In this document: in pieces, positions 17,690 through 26,900 of the stretch
Numbering within the stretch: the stretch's first letter is position 1
Layout: the number at the start of each line of letters is the position of its first letter
Virus record (IMG/VR): IMGVR_UViG_3300025853_000231
Coordinates: 1-39,759 of that record
Strand: one strand, 5' to 3'
Length of the DNA: 39,759 bases
DNA from: a virus
Taxonomy: Duplodnaviria; Caudoviricetes
The notes under the pieces: generated by a model
The model's input: the letters and a program-made list of their open reading frames with translations, nothing else
Told to the model about the DNA's origin: nothing
The model's database searches: none
Position numbers and translations under genes: made by a program

Positions 17690-17744
17690 CACCTTCGGCC
17701 ACATCACCGGGCACGTTGAAGACAATTGGCTCTAACTTTTCCAT
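17586..17744 (-). CDS. Second ribbon-helix-helix-like protein, antisense-overlapping the first
   Basis: IVFNVP-helix-LDVSPSQLL-helix. Probable ATG at 17744, with an extended -10-like TGtTAAAGT upstream. Confidence 0.5.
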   Translation of the reverse strand: MEKLEPIVFNVPGDVAEGVIALCQHLDVSPSQLLTELVLGSLESEGLSLDQS

Positions 17745-17771
17745 CTGATTACGATTCAACTTTAACACACA

Positions 17772-17794
17772 GGTAGGACAAAAACTGTCCTACC
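17772..17794. repeat. Perfect 9-bp inverted repeat GGTAGGACA-N5-TGTCCTACC beside attP
   Basis: Seen directly. Candidate protein-binding site. Confidence 0.6.
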
Positions 17795-17815
17795 ACCCAC
17801 ATCCAGGAGGAACAA

Positions 17816-18769
17816 TTGACCACAATGGCATTGTGGGGGTCAGGGGTTCGACTCCCCTCGGCTCCACCAAATTCTCTATCGGAGGAACCAACCCTTCAAC
17901 TGTCCACTCAGGACGCCGCTATCATTCGTGAGGTCTGGTCTAACGGCGTGAGCCTTGCCCAGGTCTGGAATGAATGGCGACGGTTGTATCTCGCCTCACC
18001 CCAAGGAGTCAAGACCTGTGTTGAATTATTTTTAACACACCTCTACGACGCAGGCAGGTCCCCGCAATACTGCAAGGAGTTTGGTTGGGTTCTCCGCAAG
18101 CTTGATCTGTTCATGGACACTGAGCGTCCCCTCTGTCAGGTCACCACAAAAAGTTGGTGGCGTTCTCTCGATGCAATGAGGGCTGGTAACACTGCCAGGA
18201 GGAAGGTCGGAGTGTTCCTGAACTGGTGCTTGTCCCAGGGCTACATCAAGGAACCAATCAACATTCCAGGTAAGCCAAGCTACCCCAAGGGCGACGTTGA
18301 AGTCCTGACCAATGCCGAGGTTGGCTCGTTAATCAAAACCTGCCCTTCAGATTTAATAGGACACCTCTGGCTCTGCTTATGCATGGGTCTGAGGGTTGCT
18401 GAAGCATCCAGGGTTGATCATCTAAAAGCTACCGAGACTCACCTGGTGGTCGGGGCCCAGGCTGCCAAAACAAAAACCAGACGCATCATGGACATACCTG
18501 AACACCATGGACACTACACCCAGTTGATCAGGCCCCAGACCAACATCAGGAAACGAATGGAAGCTCTCAGGCTGAAGGCAGGGCTTGCTCGGTGGCCGAG
18601 GAACTGTATGAGGCACACCGCAGCCAGTCATTGGTTGAACCGATTACAGTCAGCCGAGGCTGCCGCCCTTCACCTGGGCAACTCCCCTGTCATGTTGCAT
18701 CGGCATTACAAAGCTCTAGTGACCCGGCAGGAGTCTGCTGAATTCTTTGACCTCTGGGTTGGGTTCTAG
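17816..18769 (+). CDS. int: Tyrosine integrase
   Basis: GLRVAE (R), AKTK (K), NCMRH (x-x-R; Asn in place of His), LGNS, HY (Tyr). AGGAGG lies 5 nt before TTG 17816. Exact start is uncertain. Confidence 0.92.
   Translation: MTTMALWGSGVRLPSAPPNSLSEEPTLQLSTQDAAIIREVWSNGVSLAQVWNEWRRLYLASPQGVKTCVELFLTHLYDAGRSPQYCKEFGWVLRKLDLFMDTERPLCQVTTKSWWRSLDAMRAGNTARRKVGVFLNWCLSQGYIKEPINIPGKPSYPKGDVEVLTNAEVGSLIKTCPSDLIGHLWLCLCMGLRVAEASRVDHLKATETHLVVGAQAAKTKTRRIMDIPEHHGHYTQLIRPQTNIRKRMEALRLKAGLARWPRNCMRHTAASHWLNRLQSAEAAALHLGNSPVMLHRHYKALVTRQESAEFFDLWVGF
17820..17869 (+). other. attP core: 3' part of tRNA-Ala(GGC)
   Basis: Anticodon stem CCACA/TGTGG with loop ATGGCAT, T-arm AGGGG-TTCGACT-CCCCT, acceptor 3' strand CGGCTCC (U70), A73 and CCA. 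No 5' half or D-arm. Adjacent to the integrase. Confidence 0.88.
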
Positions 18770-18803
18770 ATGGTTCCATTTAAAAACCTGGAGAGAGCCC
18801 CCC

Positions 18804-18832
18804 TGGACAGGTGTCAGTCACCAGGGTAGCGT
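18804..18832 (+). promoter_or_regulatory. Promoter-like TGGACA-N17-TAGCGT with the 13-bp motif in the spacer
   Basis: Exact motif at 18810-18822. The ATG follows 6 nt after the -10, so the transcript may be leaderless. Confidence 0.6.
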
Positions 18833-18838
18833 CTGTTA

Positions 18839-19786
18839 ATGCAGGACGGACTTTATTGCTCGGCTGGCCAAGACTGGTTCAGCATCTCCAGTGACGGCAA
18901 CATCTCCACATGCAATAGCATGATCTTTCGGCAGGACTGTAGGCTTGGTAACATCCTGGACGGTGAGGTTGTCGCCAGGAAAGAGATGGGGCGATGCCCT
19001 GTTCAGAGGTGTGACCAAGTCTGTGATCGGCACTGGTCATCAAAGAAGGTCATGAGAGATGGCCAAGAGGTAGACTCTGAAGGAGTCAATGACCCTGCTG
19101 CTTACAATGGAATTGAAAAGCCTTGCAGCATATTGTGGGCACCCTCCTGGGTGTGTAACTACAATTGTAATTACTGCGGGTTACCAAAGGACACCAGGAA
19201 GACAACCGCTGATGAGTGGGTGGAAGCGTTTGGCCGGTTCCTGGACATCAACGGTTTCACTGGAGGTGTATTACACACTAACGGCGGTGAGCCTCTGTTC
19301 TACAACGGAATCGAAAAGGTCTTCAGTTTCATGGCTGAACGAGGCTTTCACATCGCACTGACTACCAATCTATCTAGCGACATTTGGACCAAGGTGGTCC
19401 ATGCTGCTGGGCCAGAAAAATGGAGGGCTATTAACTGCTCGCTTCATGCCACAGAACCTAAGTTCAACTGGGAGATTTACAGTGGTAGAATTCTTGCGCT
19501 GAAAGCCCTAGGCTACACGGTCAGTGTTAATTTTGTTGGGCACCCTTGCCAGGTCATGCTGGCTCCAAAGTATGCTAGGTTCTGCAAGGACAACGACATT
19601 CACTTTGCGCTCATACCGATGATCGGAGAGTTTGACGGGTTCAGTTTCAAGACCGTCGATGACTACCCTGAAGCCATGAGAAATGTTATCAATGATCTGT
19701 GTCACGAAACGCTCACTGATACCAACAAGTTCTACGACGGTGTGAGGGCTAGAGAGAAGAAAGAAGCTCCTGCCACTGACTCCTGA
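18839..19786 (+). CDS. Radical SAM enzyme with an N-terminal SPASM/twitch-like domain
   Basis: CNYNCNYC, GGEP, TTN and SLH core. N-terminal CSAG....I..DG.I..C...LGNI...C....C...C. Confidence 0.88.
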   Translation: MQDGLYCSAGQDWFSISSDGNISTCNSMIFRQDCRLGNILDGEVVARKEMGRCPVQRCDQVCDRHWSSKKVMRDGQEVDSEGVNDPAAYNGIEKPCSILWAPSWVCNYNCNYCGLPKDTRKTTADEWVEAFGRFLDINGFTGGVLHTNGGEPLFYNGIEKVFSFMAERGFHIALTTNLSSDIWTKVVHAAGPEKWRAINCSLHATEPKFNWEIYSGRILALKALGYTVSVNFVGHPCQVMLAPKYARFCKDNDIHFALIPMIGEFDGFSFKTVDDYPEAMRNVINDLCHETLTDTNKFYDGVRAREKKEAPATDS

Positions 19787-20744
19787 CTTTGTCAGCGCCA
19801 AAGACATCCCTAGCAGTCTGGACCTGTTTATCGCTGATCTGCTGTAGCCACTCAACATCATCACCGAGAGACCTCTTGAGCAGATCGTTTAACTGGTGAG
19901 AGTCATCGCAAAGTTGATCTGCCCCAAGAAGCCCTGGTAACGCAGTCTCCCAGCCTGGGGCTTTCACTGAGAATACAGGAACACCAGTGAACATGGCCTC
20001 CATTAGTCCTAGCGTGTAGGGTGCAGGGCAGGTTCCTCCATACCAAAACGATCTGTGATCTGACAGGGCCCTGATTAGGTCTGCATACTTGGGGCACCCT
20101 GCGTTGCCGTCGATACCGGCATTGCCCTTACCATACAGCCTCCTGCTAACTTTGTGGGTAGCGATGTCCCAGCATTTCTTCCTGCACACTTTAGCCCTGG
20201 TTCTAAAGTTGTTTGCAATGGCTGCAACTTTCAGAAGGCTGCCGCTCCATGGCTCAAAGTCTTCCTGGTATTTGCCGAATGGAATGATGGCATCGTGCCC
20301 CTGGTAGTGTTCTCGCCCCTGAAAGCCTTCCCAATATCTGACAATTTTGACCCCATGATCTTTGAGTTGCTTCAGGTATTTCACTTCATGGCACGGAGGT
20401 GCCTGCCCAATATCTCTCCAGATTACATGTTTACCTTTGAAGACATCCAGGTTGTTTAGGATGTATTGGTATTGATGCATGACCACGATGACGTCAAAGG
20501 GCTCAACTGCTTCCTCTGAGATGTGGTTCTTGTGGTCTTGACCCGGTGGCACTGGCATCATGTTCCACTGCTTCACCCAGGAGGCTGGAACGTCTAGGTC
20601 TAGCCCAGGCCTTAGTCGGCAACCCTTGCTAGGTTTCCAGTAGGAACCTGGAGACATTGCGGTCACATTAGGCATGTCTGAAAACAGCCTTAGCTCGTCA
20701 AATTCCAGTGATTGATGGCACGGTAAGTAGAGCAAGTTGATCAT
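19749..20744 (-). CDS. Glycosyltransferase (GT-B, family 4-like)
   Basis: YTLGLMEAMFTGVPV nucleotide-sugar motif and a two-Rossmann-domain size. Confidence 0.8.
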   Translation of the reverse strand: MINLLYLPCHQSLEFDELRLFSDMPNVTAMSPGSYWKPSKGCRLRPGLDLDVPASWVKQWNMMPVPPGQDHKNHISEEAVEPFDVIVVMHQYQYILNNLDVFKGKHVIWRDIGQAPPCHEVKYLKQLKDHGVKIVRYWEGFQGREHYQGHDAIIPFGKYQEDFEPWSGSLLKVAAIANNFRTRAKVCRKKCWDIATHKVSRRLYGKGNAGIDGNAGCPKYADLIRALSDHRSFWYGGTCPAPYTLGLMEAMFTGVPVFSVKAPGWETALPGLLGADQLCDDSHQLNDLLKRSLGDDVEWLQQISDKQVQTARDVFGADKVRSQWQELLSSL

Positions 20745-20754
20745 CGATGCTAAA

Positions 20755-20786
20755 AGTTTGACAGGTGTCAGTCACCTATGTCAACT
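20755..20786. promoter_or_regulatory. Palindromic, possibly bidirectional promoter with the 13-bp motif in the spacer
   Basis: TTGACA (20758-20763), GGTGTCAGTCACC (20764-20776), TGTCAA (20779-20784). Confidence 0.6.
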
Positions 20787-20930
20787 TACTCAGGCCTGGC
20801 CCCAGAGACACGTTGTCCCTGGGACTACCGGGTAATTTAGTTGTGGTTAGGGAACTATAAGCGGTTACCTGCTAGACATACGGAGAAGCCCTCTCACCGG
20901 CAGTTGGATACTCAGGTGGGAGGGTTTTTT
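20786..20930 (+). ncRNA. Candidate small structured RNA
   Basis: Long hairpin at 20786-20835 and a terminal hairpin plus T6. G-U wobbles mostly favour the + strand. No substantial ORF. Confidence 0.35.
20886..20930 (+). terminator. Intrinsic terminator
   Basis: GCCCTCTCACC...GGTGGGAGGG followed by TTTTTT. Confidence 0.65.
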
Positions 20931-20936
20931 GTGTCC

Positions 20937-23900
20937 TTAATTGTTTCTCAGCTTGTCCAGGTGGTCCTGGGCTTTCTCTACTGAGCTGAAGACAGGGCCC
21001 ACTCGCCTGCCCTTGTCAGAGTAGACTCTGACCCCTGCCCTGCTAGATGTCTGAACTGCCCTGAAGCCGTAACCGTCTAGGTAGATGGCTCCACCTCGGT
21101 TGTTCAGTTGTCGGGCTGGGGAGAACTTTGCTGTCGCTCCTCCTCTATCATTCGGAACGCTTCCTCTATTGCTGCGTCGGTTTCCGAGTCCCGCATCTGC
21201 TGCGACATCAGGCGGGATGCTTTTAACAACATCTCTGCGTCCTGTTTGTTTGATGTAAGCTTGGACACCTGTGAGTTTTCTGGCTTTGTCATATTCTCGT
21301 ATGTCTCCTTTGAGTTTGTCTGTCTCCCCTTGGGCCAGGTGTTTCTTGATCAATCGTTCCTTCTGCAAGAATGAAATAATATTCTCGGCATGAGATAACT
21401 GACGGGCTGGTCTTCCAGCGGGGAAGTAAACATCAAAAGCCTCATCAAAGGAAGACTTAAAGGCACCAATGTTTCCGGTCCAACCGTTCTCGTCCCACAC
21501 ATGTTTCTCTCCAAACCACACGATGGCCTGGAGATCGTCAGGGTTCATTCCAAGCTTCCTTGCGGCTTCCCTGAAAACGACCTGAGAGACTGCGAAGTCC
21601 TGGTTATTTACGGCACCCTCACTCTTTGGCTGAATTCTCCATTTCTCACTGAAGGGCTCATGAGTGAGTCGGCGCATGAGCCTGGCCGCCCAAACGTCAA
21701 TGGTGGCTTCTAGTGACGAGCCTCCCAGGTTCATTGCAAACTGAGGTGTCTTGGGAGTGACCTTGTCGACCAGCCATTTCTCAGCCATGGCCTTCAATGC
21801 TGGAAGACTGTTCTGACCATACTGCTTACCGTTAGCCCTGACTGGTGTCAGGTTGTAATGTTCTATCCAGCGCTTGATCATGGCAGCAGGCGTCATTTTG
21901 GCAGCCTCGCTTCTGGCAATTATTTTTCTCCTGACCATGGTCTCATAGAGCTTCTTGTCCTTGTTGAGACGATACATCTCGTTGTAGCTCTTGATCTGCC
22001 TATTGAAGTCACCCTTCTGATACCTCTTCATCAACTCTGCTGCATAGATGAAGTTGTTCTCGACTGGTGTCTTTGCGCTGGTCGCCCCAAGTAGGTGAGT
22101 GAACATCTCTGCTCCTTTACCAAACACCTGTTTGATGGCCTCCCTCATGCGGGAATACCACCCCATGCCATCTGTGACCCCTGGGTATTGAATCAATCGG
22201 TTGTATTCTTCAACAAACAGGTTGGAGAGTTCTTCAATCGCTCCGTTGTCAATCAGTTGCTTGATCTGAGCCTTGGCTTTCTGGGTCACGTCGTAGTGGA
22301 CGTTGTCCAAGTCATAGTCCTGGACGGCTCCCCTGGGGCCTCCCTCCCATTGCTGGAAGAACGGTGAGTCAAGAATGCCGTAATCAACAGTTTGGAAGAC
22401 CGGTTTTCCGTCTTTGTCGTAGCTTGTAATATCAAGCTCAACTGCTCTCGGGTCATTAGCCTTTTGAGAGCCAAGGGGCCTGCCCTGGTCGTCAGTCCTG
22501 CTTGGAGAGAACCTCCTACCTGGAACGCTCCTGGTAATCACTCTGCCCTTTAGCTTGTCCAGGACAGTGTTGGTCTCATAGGGCTCTTGGTAAATTACAG
22601 GGTCCTCCATCGGGTAGCCCCACTTGCCTGCTTCACTGAACGCAAATTCAGAACTGTCCTGGACAAAGTGCTTGTCAAAGTCAGCGTCAAACTCGGCCTT
22701 TGTCTTGTAGAATTTAGGCTCACCAACGGTGACCTCCCCTTTGACTTTACCCGAACCCTTGCCTGTGGTCTCTATAAGCTTAACCCTGCGCCCTACGAGG
22801 CTGTTTAAGGTGGGTTTGGCCCTTGTCTCTATGGTTTTACGTCCACTGAGAATGAGGTCCGCAAAAGGCATGTCAGGCTCACTCTTTACGTTGAAGCCTG
22901 GCAGGTTGTCAGCGTCTGCTTTCTTTGGCTTAGTTGCTACCAGGAGGTTCCCTCGCTGGGTGACGTCACCAAAGTATCGGCTTATCTCCTTGATATAGGA
23001 CTTGGCACCCAGGTTGTTTTGGTAGCCTGCTTTTGTTGGGCCGCCTTTCCCGCTCCTGTTGCCTTCGTAGATCAAGAAGTATGCTTCTCCATCAAGCTTG
23101 ATAGCGTCTGCTGCCTGGGCAATGACTTTGTGCCTGTTGCCTGGCTCCTTAATGACGTTGAGAACATTGTTGACGGTAGCAGTGTCGGCTCCTCCGTTAG
23201 CAATGGTGTTAGCCACCCGGTCGTTGTGTTCCCTGCTCCGATTGAATGGGTCAAAGATGTAGTTCTTGACACCACGCCTAGCCAAGAAGTCGGTAGCGTT
23301 ATCAAATCGACCACCTCCAATGTCTGCGTTAACGGTCCCCCTCTCCCACTTGACCCTGCCGAATGTGGCTGGGGTCTTGTCGCGGTTGATAGAGGTCTCA
23401 GCAGAAGTGTATTCCTGGCTCTTAGGGCTCTTCCAGAGGTCTCCACGTTTGACACTATACCTAGGCAAGCCTTGACCAGAGACCTTAGAGTTAACGTCCT
23501 CGTTGAGTGCCACGTAATTGGCCTGTAAACCATCTCTGAGGGTCTTTTGCTGAACCTGTAACGGTTTACCCTTGGAGTCCTTCGTCTGCTTCCAGAGCTT
23601 TAATCTGGGAAGCATCTCATCGTAGAAGCCTCTCATGCCCTTACCGCCCAGACGGAGGTCGTCTCCTTCCAGGGTGGCAGACCTTACTCCCTCGGGCCCT
23701 TCCATGTTGTCGAGGGCACGTTTGGTCATCTCTTTGCCGATGTGGTCCTGAAGCTTTTCCTTGGTCATACTGCTATCAATGACCCTGAAAATGTCTTCCT
23801 CCGGGACCCTTGCCATCAGTTCGTATTGACCTCCTTCAAGTTCGTTAACTATTAGGCCAGTTATCTTGTCCCCCAGGTCATACCTGGCGTTCTGGGTTTC

Positions 23901-26900
23901 ACCGGTCGTCCAAGCGATAGCATCGTAGCCCTCATCAGCAGCAAGCTTGAGCATTCTCTTCATCGAGAACTCAGGCCAGGACTTCTTGAAAGGGGCGTTG
24001 GGGGTTCTGCCCATTTCGCTGAGAGCTTCATCAAGTTCGTTTAGCCTATTTATTTTCTGGGAGAGTTGCTTGCCCTCCTGAAGCATTCTTTGATATGTCG
24101 CCTCAAACTCAGGTGATACCCTGGCGACATAATCTTCTTCTGTCTTATTTTTTGGCTGAGTGTTCCTGAGCCCCTCTAGAAAAGCCTCAAACTTGCTAAA
24201 ATTGTCTGCCCACTTCTCGTAAGCTTGTCTTGGGTCTTCAGCGTAAAGTAATTCAGCTTCTCTCAGAAGGCTCTCACGATCTTTTGGGGCATAGCCCATG
24301 CTTCTCCCCTCCTGGTGCCAGTCAGACTGAATTTCCTCCAGGAACAGAATCTTCTCACCGTCGGGCCCTATTCGGTCGTTGTGTCGAACGTGGGCAACGA
24401 TGTTGGCTTCGTCGAAGTGGGAAGAGGAATAGGGGCCGAAGCGAGAATTAGGTTCTTCACTGAAAAGCTTCCGTTCAAGCTCAGTGTATTCTGCGCTCTC
24501 CTCTAGGGTGGGGTTTCTTCTGTTAAATATCTCGGTCAGTTGATCGTATCGAGCTTGCAGTTGCTCGCCACCAGGTTGTAGCGTCAGCAACCTCTCGGTG
24601 TATGTCCCTGGCTCTGCCCCTGGTTCTGTGTATTGAGAGAACTTGGTGGCAGATTGTTGAGGGTCGTCTGACTCAAGAATTTCAAACCTTCTCTCAAAGT
24701 CGTTAGCGACTTTTTCAAACAGAGCCTCTTGAGCAAGTTTCTCGGTTTCAAAAACCATTTGTGCATAAGGCGAAATCAACTCATCAGGTTCATCGGCCTT
24801 CGTGATTACAAAGCTTCCTTTCTCCACCCCATAACGCTCGACTGTTTCAGCAGGCAAATCGTCAGCCGATAAAATTTGATAGTCATCAAAATCACGAATG
24901 GTTGCCTCCATTTGGTCATACCTTGCATTGATGGCTTCGTCGTAGGTTGGGTAAACGGTGTCGTCAAACAGGTTCCCGCCTTCAGTGTCTCTGATTACAT
25001 ACCCATCCCTGGACGAACTCTGAAACTCGACCTCCGTCACCTCCACCATCTCAATCTGGTTAGCCCTGATGAAGTTCAAGACATCTTCCTTGGTGGTGGT
25101 CGGGTTGTCTTTCAGGAACACGTCCAGGCCAATGTCCTCCAGTTCCTCCTTCTTGACACCAGCCTTGTCCATGGCTTTGAGGAACTGTTGAGAGGTGCCC
25201 TTCTTCTGCTGCATTCCCTCGATGGCCTCCTGGGCCTTGGAGAACATGCCGAGGTTGTCTAGCTGTCTTGCTGGGGAAAAACGAATGTCAGCAGTGGTTT
25301 CTTTAAACCTTTCGGAAAGTGGTATCAGGTTCCCGTTTTTGTCGTAAGTAGCCGGGTCGGCTGACTTGATTTGAGTGGGGTCAAACACAATGACCTCGTA
25401 TGGCTTCCCGTCGTTGTCGGTCAGAATTATTCCATCATGACCCTTGTCTACTAGGTCCTGCTTAAACTCTCTAGCTGCCTCACTTGCTTGGGTTTTAGTC
25501 TTGTAGACTTGGTTGTCCATGGAGCCATAGTCCAAGAACTGCCTTCCCACCGTTTTGAACTCGGCAGTGTAAGGGTTCTCCATCTTGACCATGGCATTCA
25601 CAATTCTACGCTCGCCACCCGCTTTATTGCGCCCAGCAAAATCTGCATAAACCTCTGCTCCCTGCTTGTTGGGCGTAAGGAAAACACCCCACTGATTAAT
25701 GGGTGTATTTGTGCTTCCTCTTTTCTGAATTTTAAAAGAATTAAATGGTTCTCTTTCGATAAATTTACGTCCCTTAAACACCTGGTCTTTTTGCCAAGTT
25801 CCGTGATAGAGAGGCCCAAAGTTATACCCGGCTTTGCTGGCTGCCTCTTGCACCATTCTCTGAGCAGATTCAGTGTCACCTGAATTAACTGCTTTGGCGT
25901 GAGCGACGTCGATTTCAGGAGAAGACGCCCTGGTAGGGCTGAACATCTGTTTGGCCTTGAGGTGGTCAAATGGGCCCATGCCAAACGGTGTCCCGTTGGC
26001 ACTGGTGTCTCTCAGCGAAGCTATGCGCTCTATGCGGAGGTTTTTGTAAATTCGGTTCCCGCTGTTCTTGTCCCAGGCAGTGTAGAGTGGGTTGATGGTT
26101 TTATTGTTCGCCTGGAACAGAGCATTGATGATGTTGTGTTGCTTTGTTGTCAGTCCTTCTTCACCTGAGATGTTGTTGCGGTGATTGTCCAGGTATTTCT
26201 TGGCGTCTTCCAGGAAGGCATCAACGTCATTGTTCCATGGCTCTAACTTCTTAGAGTCTCTCCAGGCATTGACCCTACCTCTGACGTAGTTCAAGTCGAT
26301 CACTCGAACATTGACGTTCCCATTGTTAGTGATGAACCACTCATGGGGAATGTAGTCAACCTCGGTTGCAGGAATGTCTCCACTGGTCCTGGTCAGAGAG
26401 TTGAGCCAGGTGTCATCACCCAGCGACCTGGTCCCAATGCCAAAGTAGTAGGAACGAATTGGTCTTCCGTTAGCAATGGCTTGGTTGACCTCGTCGATGG
26501 TGCCCCTGAAGTTCTCCATCATTGGGGCATCAGAATACTTAGACTGAAGGAACTTGCCTCGGTATTCGTTCAAGCCTTTCTTGACGTTGCCTGCATCGTC
26601 GTGTTTGGGCTTTAGAGTGACCTCTGGAACAGATGACTCGGTCAACTCTGGCTCCAGGGACTGCTTCACTTCTTTCCTTCTTTGCCGGGCCCTCTTCTTC
26701 AGCTCTCTCTTGTTTTTAGCTTTCTTCCTGGTGCCCTTCTTGCCTCCACCCTTTGCACTACTGTCGGAGCCTTGAGGCCCTTTGCCCTTGCTCTGGCTTT
26801 GAGGTGTGTCGGGGACATCGTCGAAATACTCTTTGCCAACACCGTCCCAGTTGACACCATCATCAGAGGAGTCTTTTAGAAGCTTTGTCGTCTTCTCCTT

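Noticed and set aside
17486-17744. Type II toxin-antitoxin pair
   Set aside because: Both products look like DNA-binding RHH proteins, no toxin fold is recognisable, and they are on opposite strands.
17790-17869. Complete phage tRNA-Ala gene
   Set aside because: No 5' acceptor strand or D-arm upstream of the anticodon stem. Only the 3' part is present, as expected for attP.
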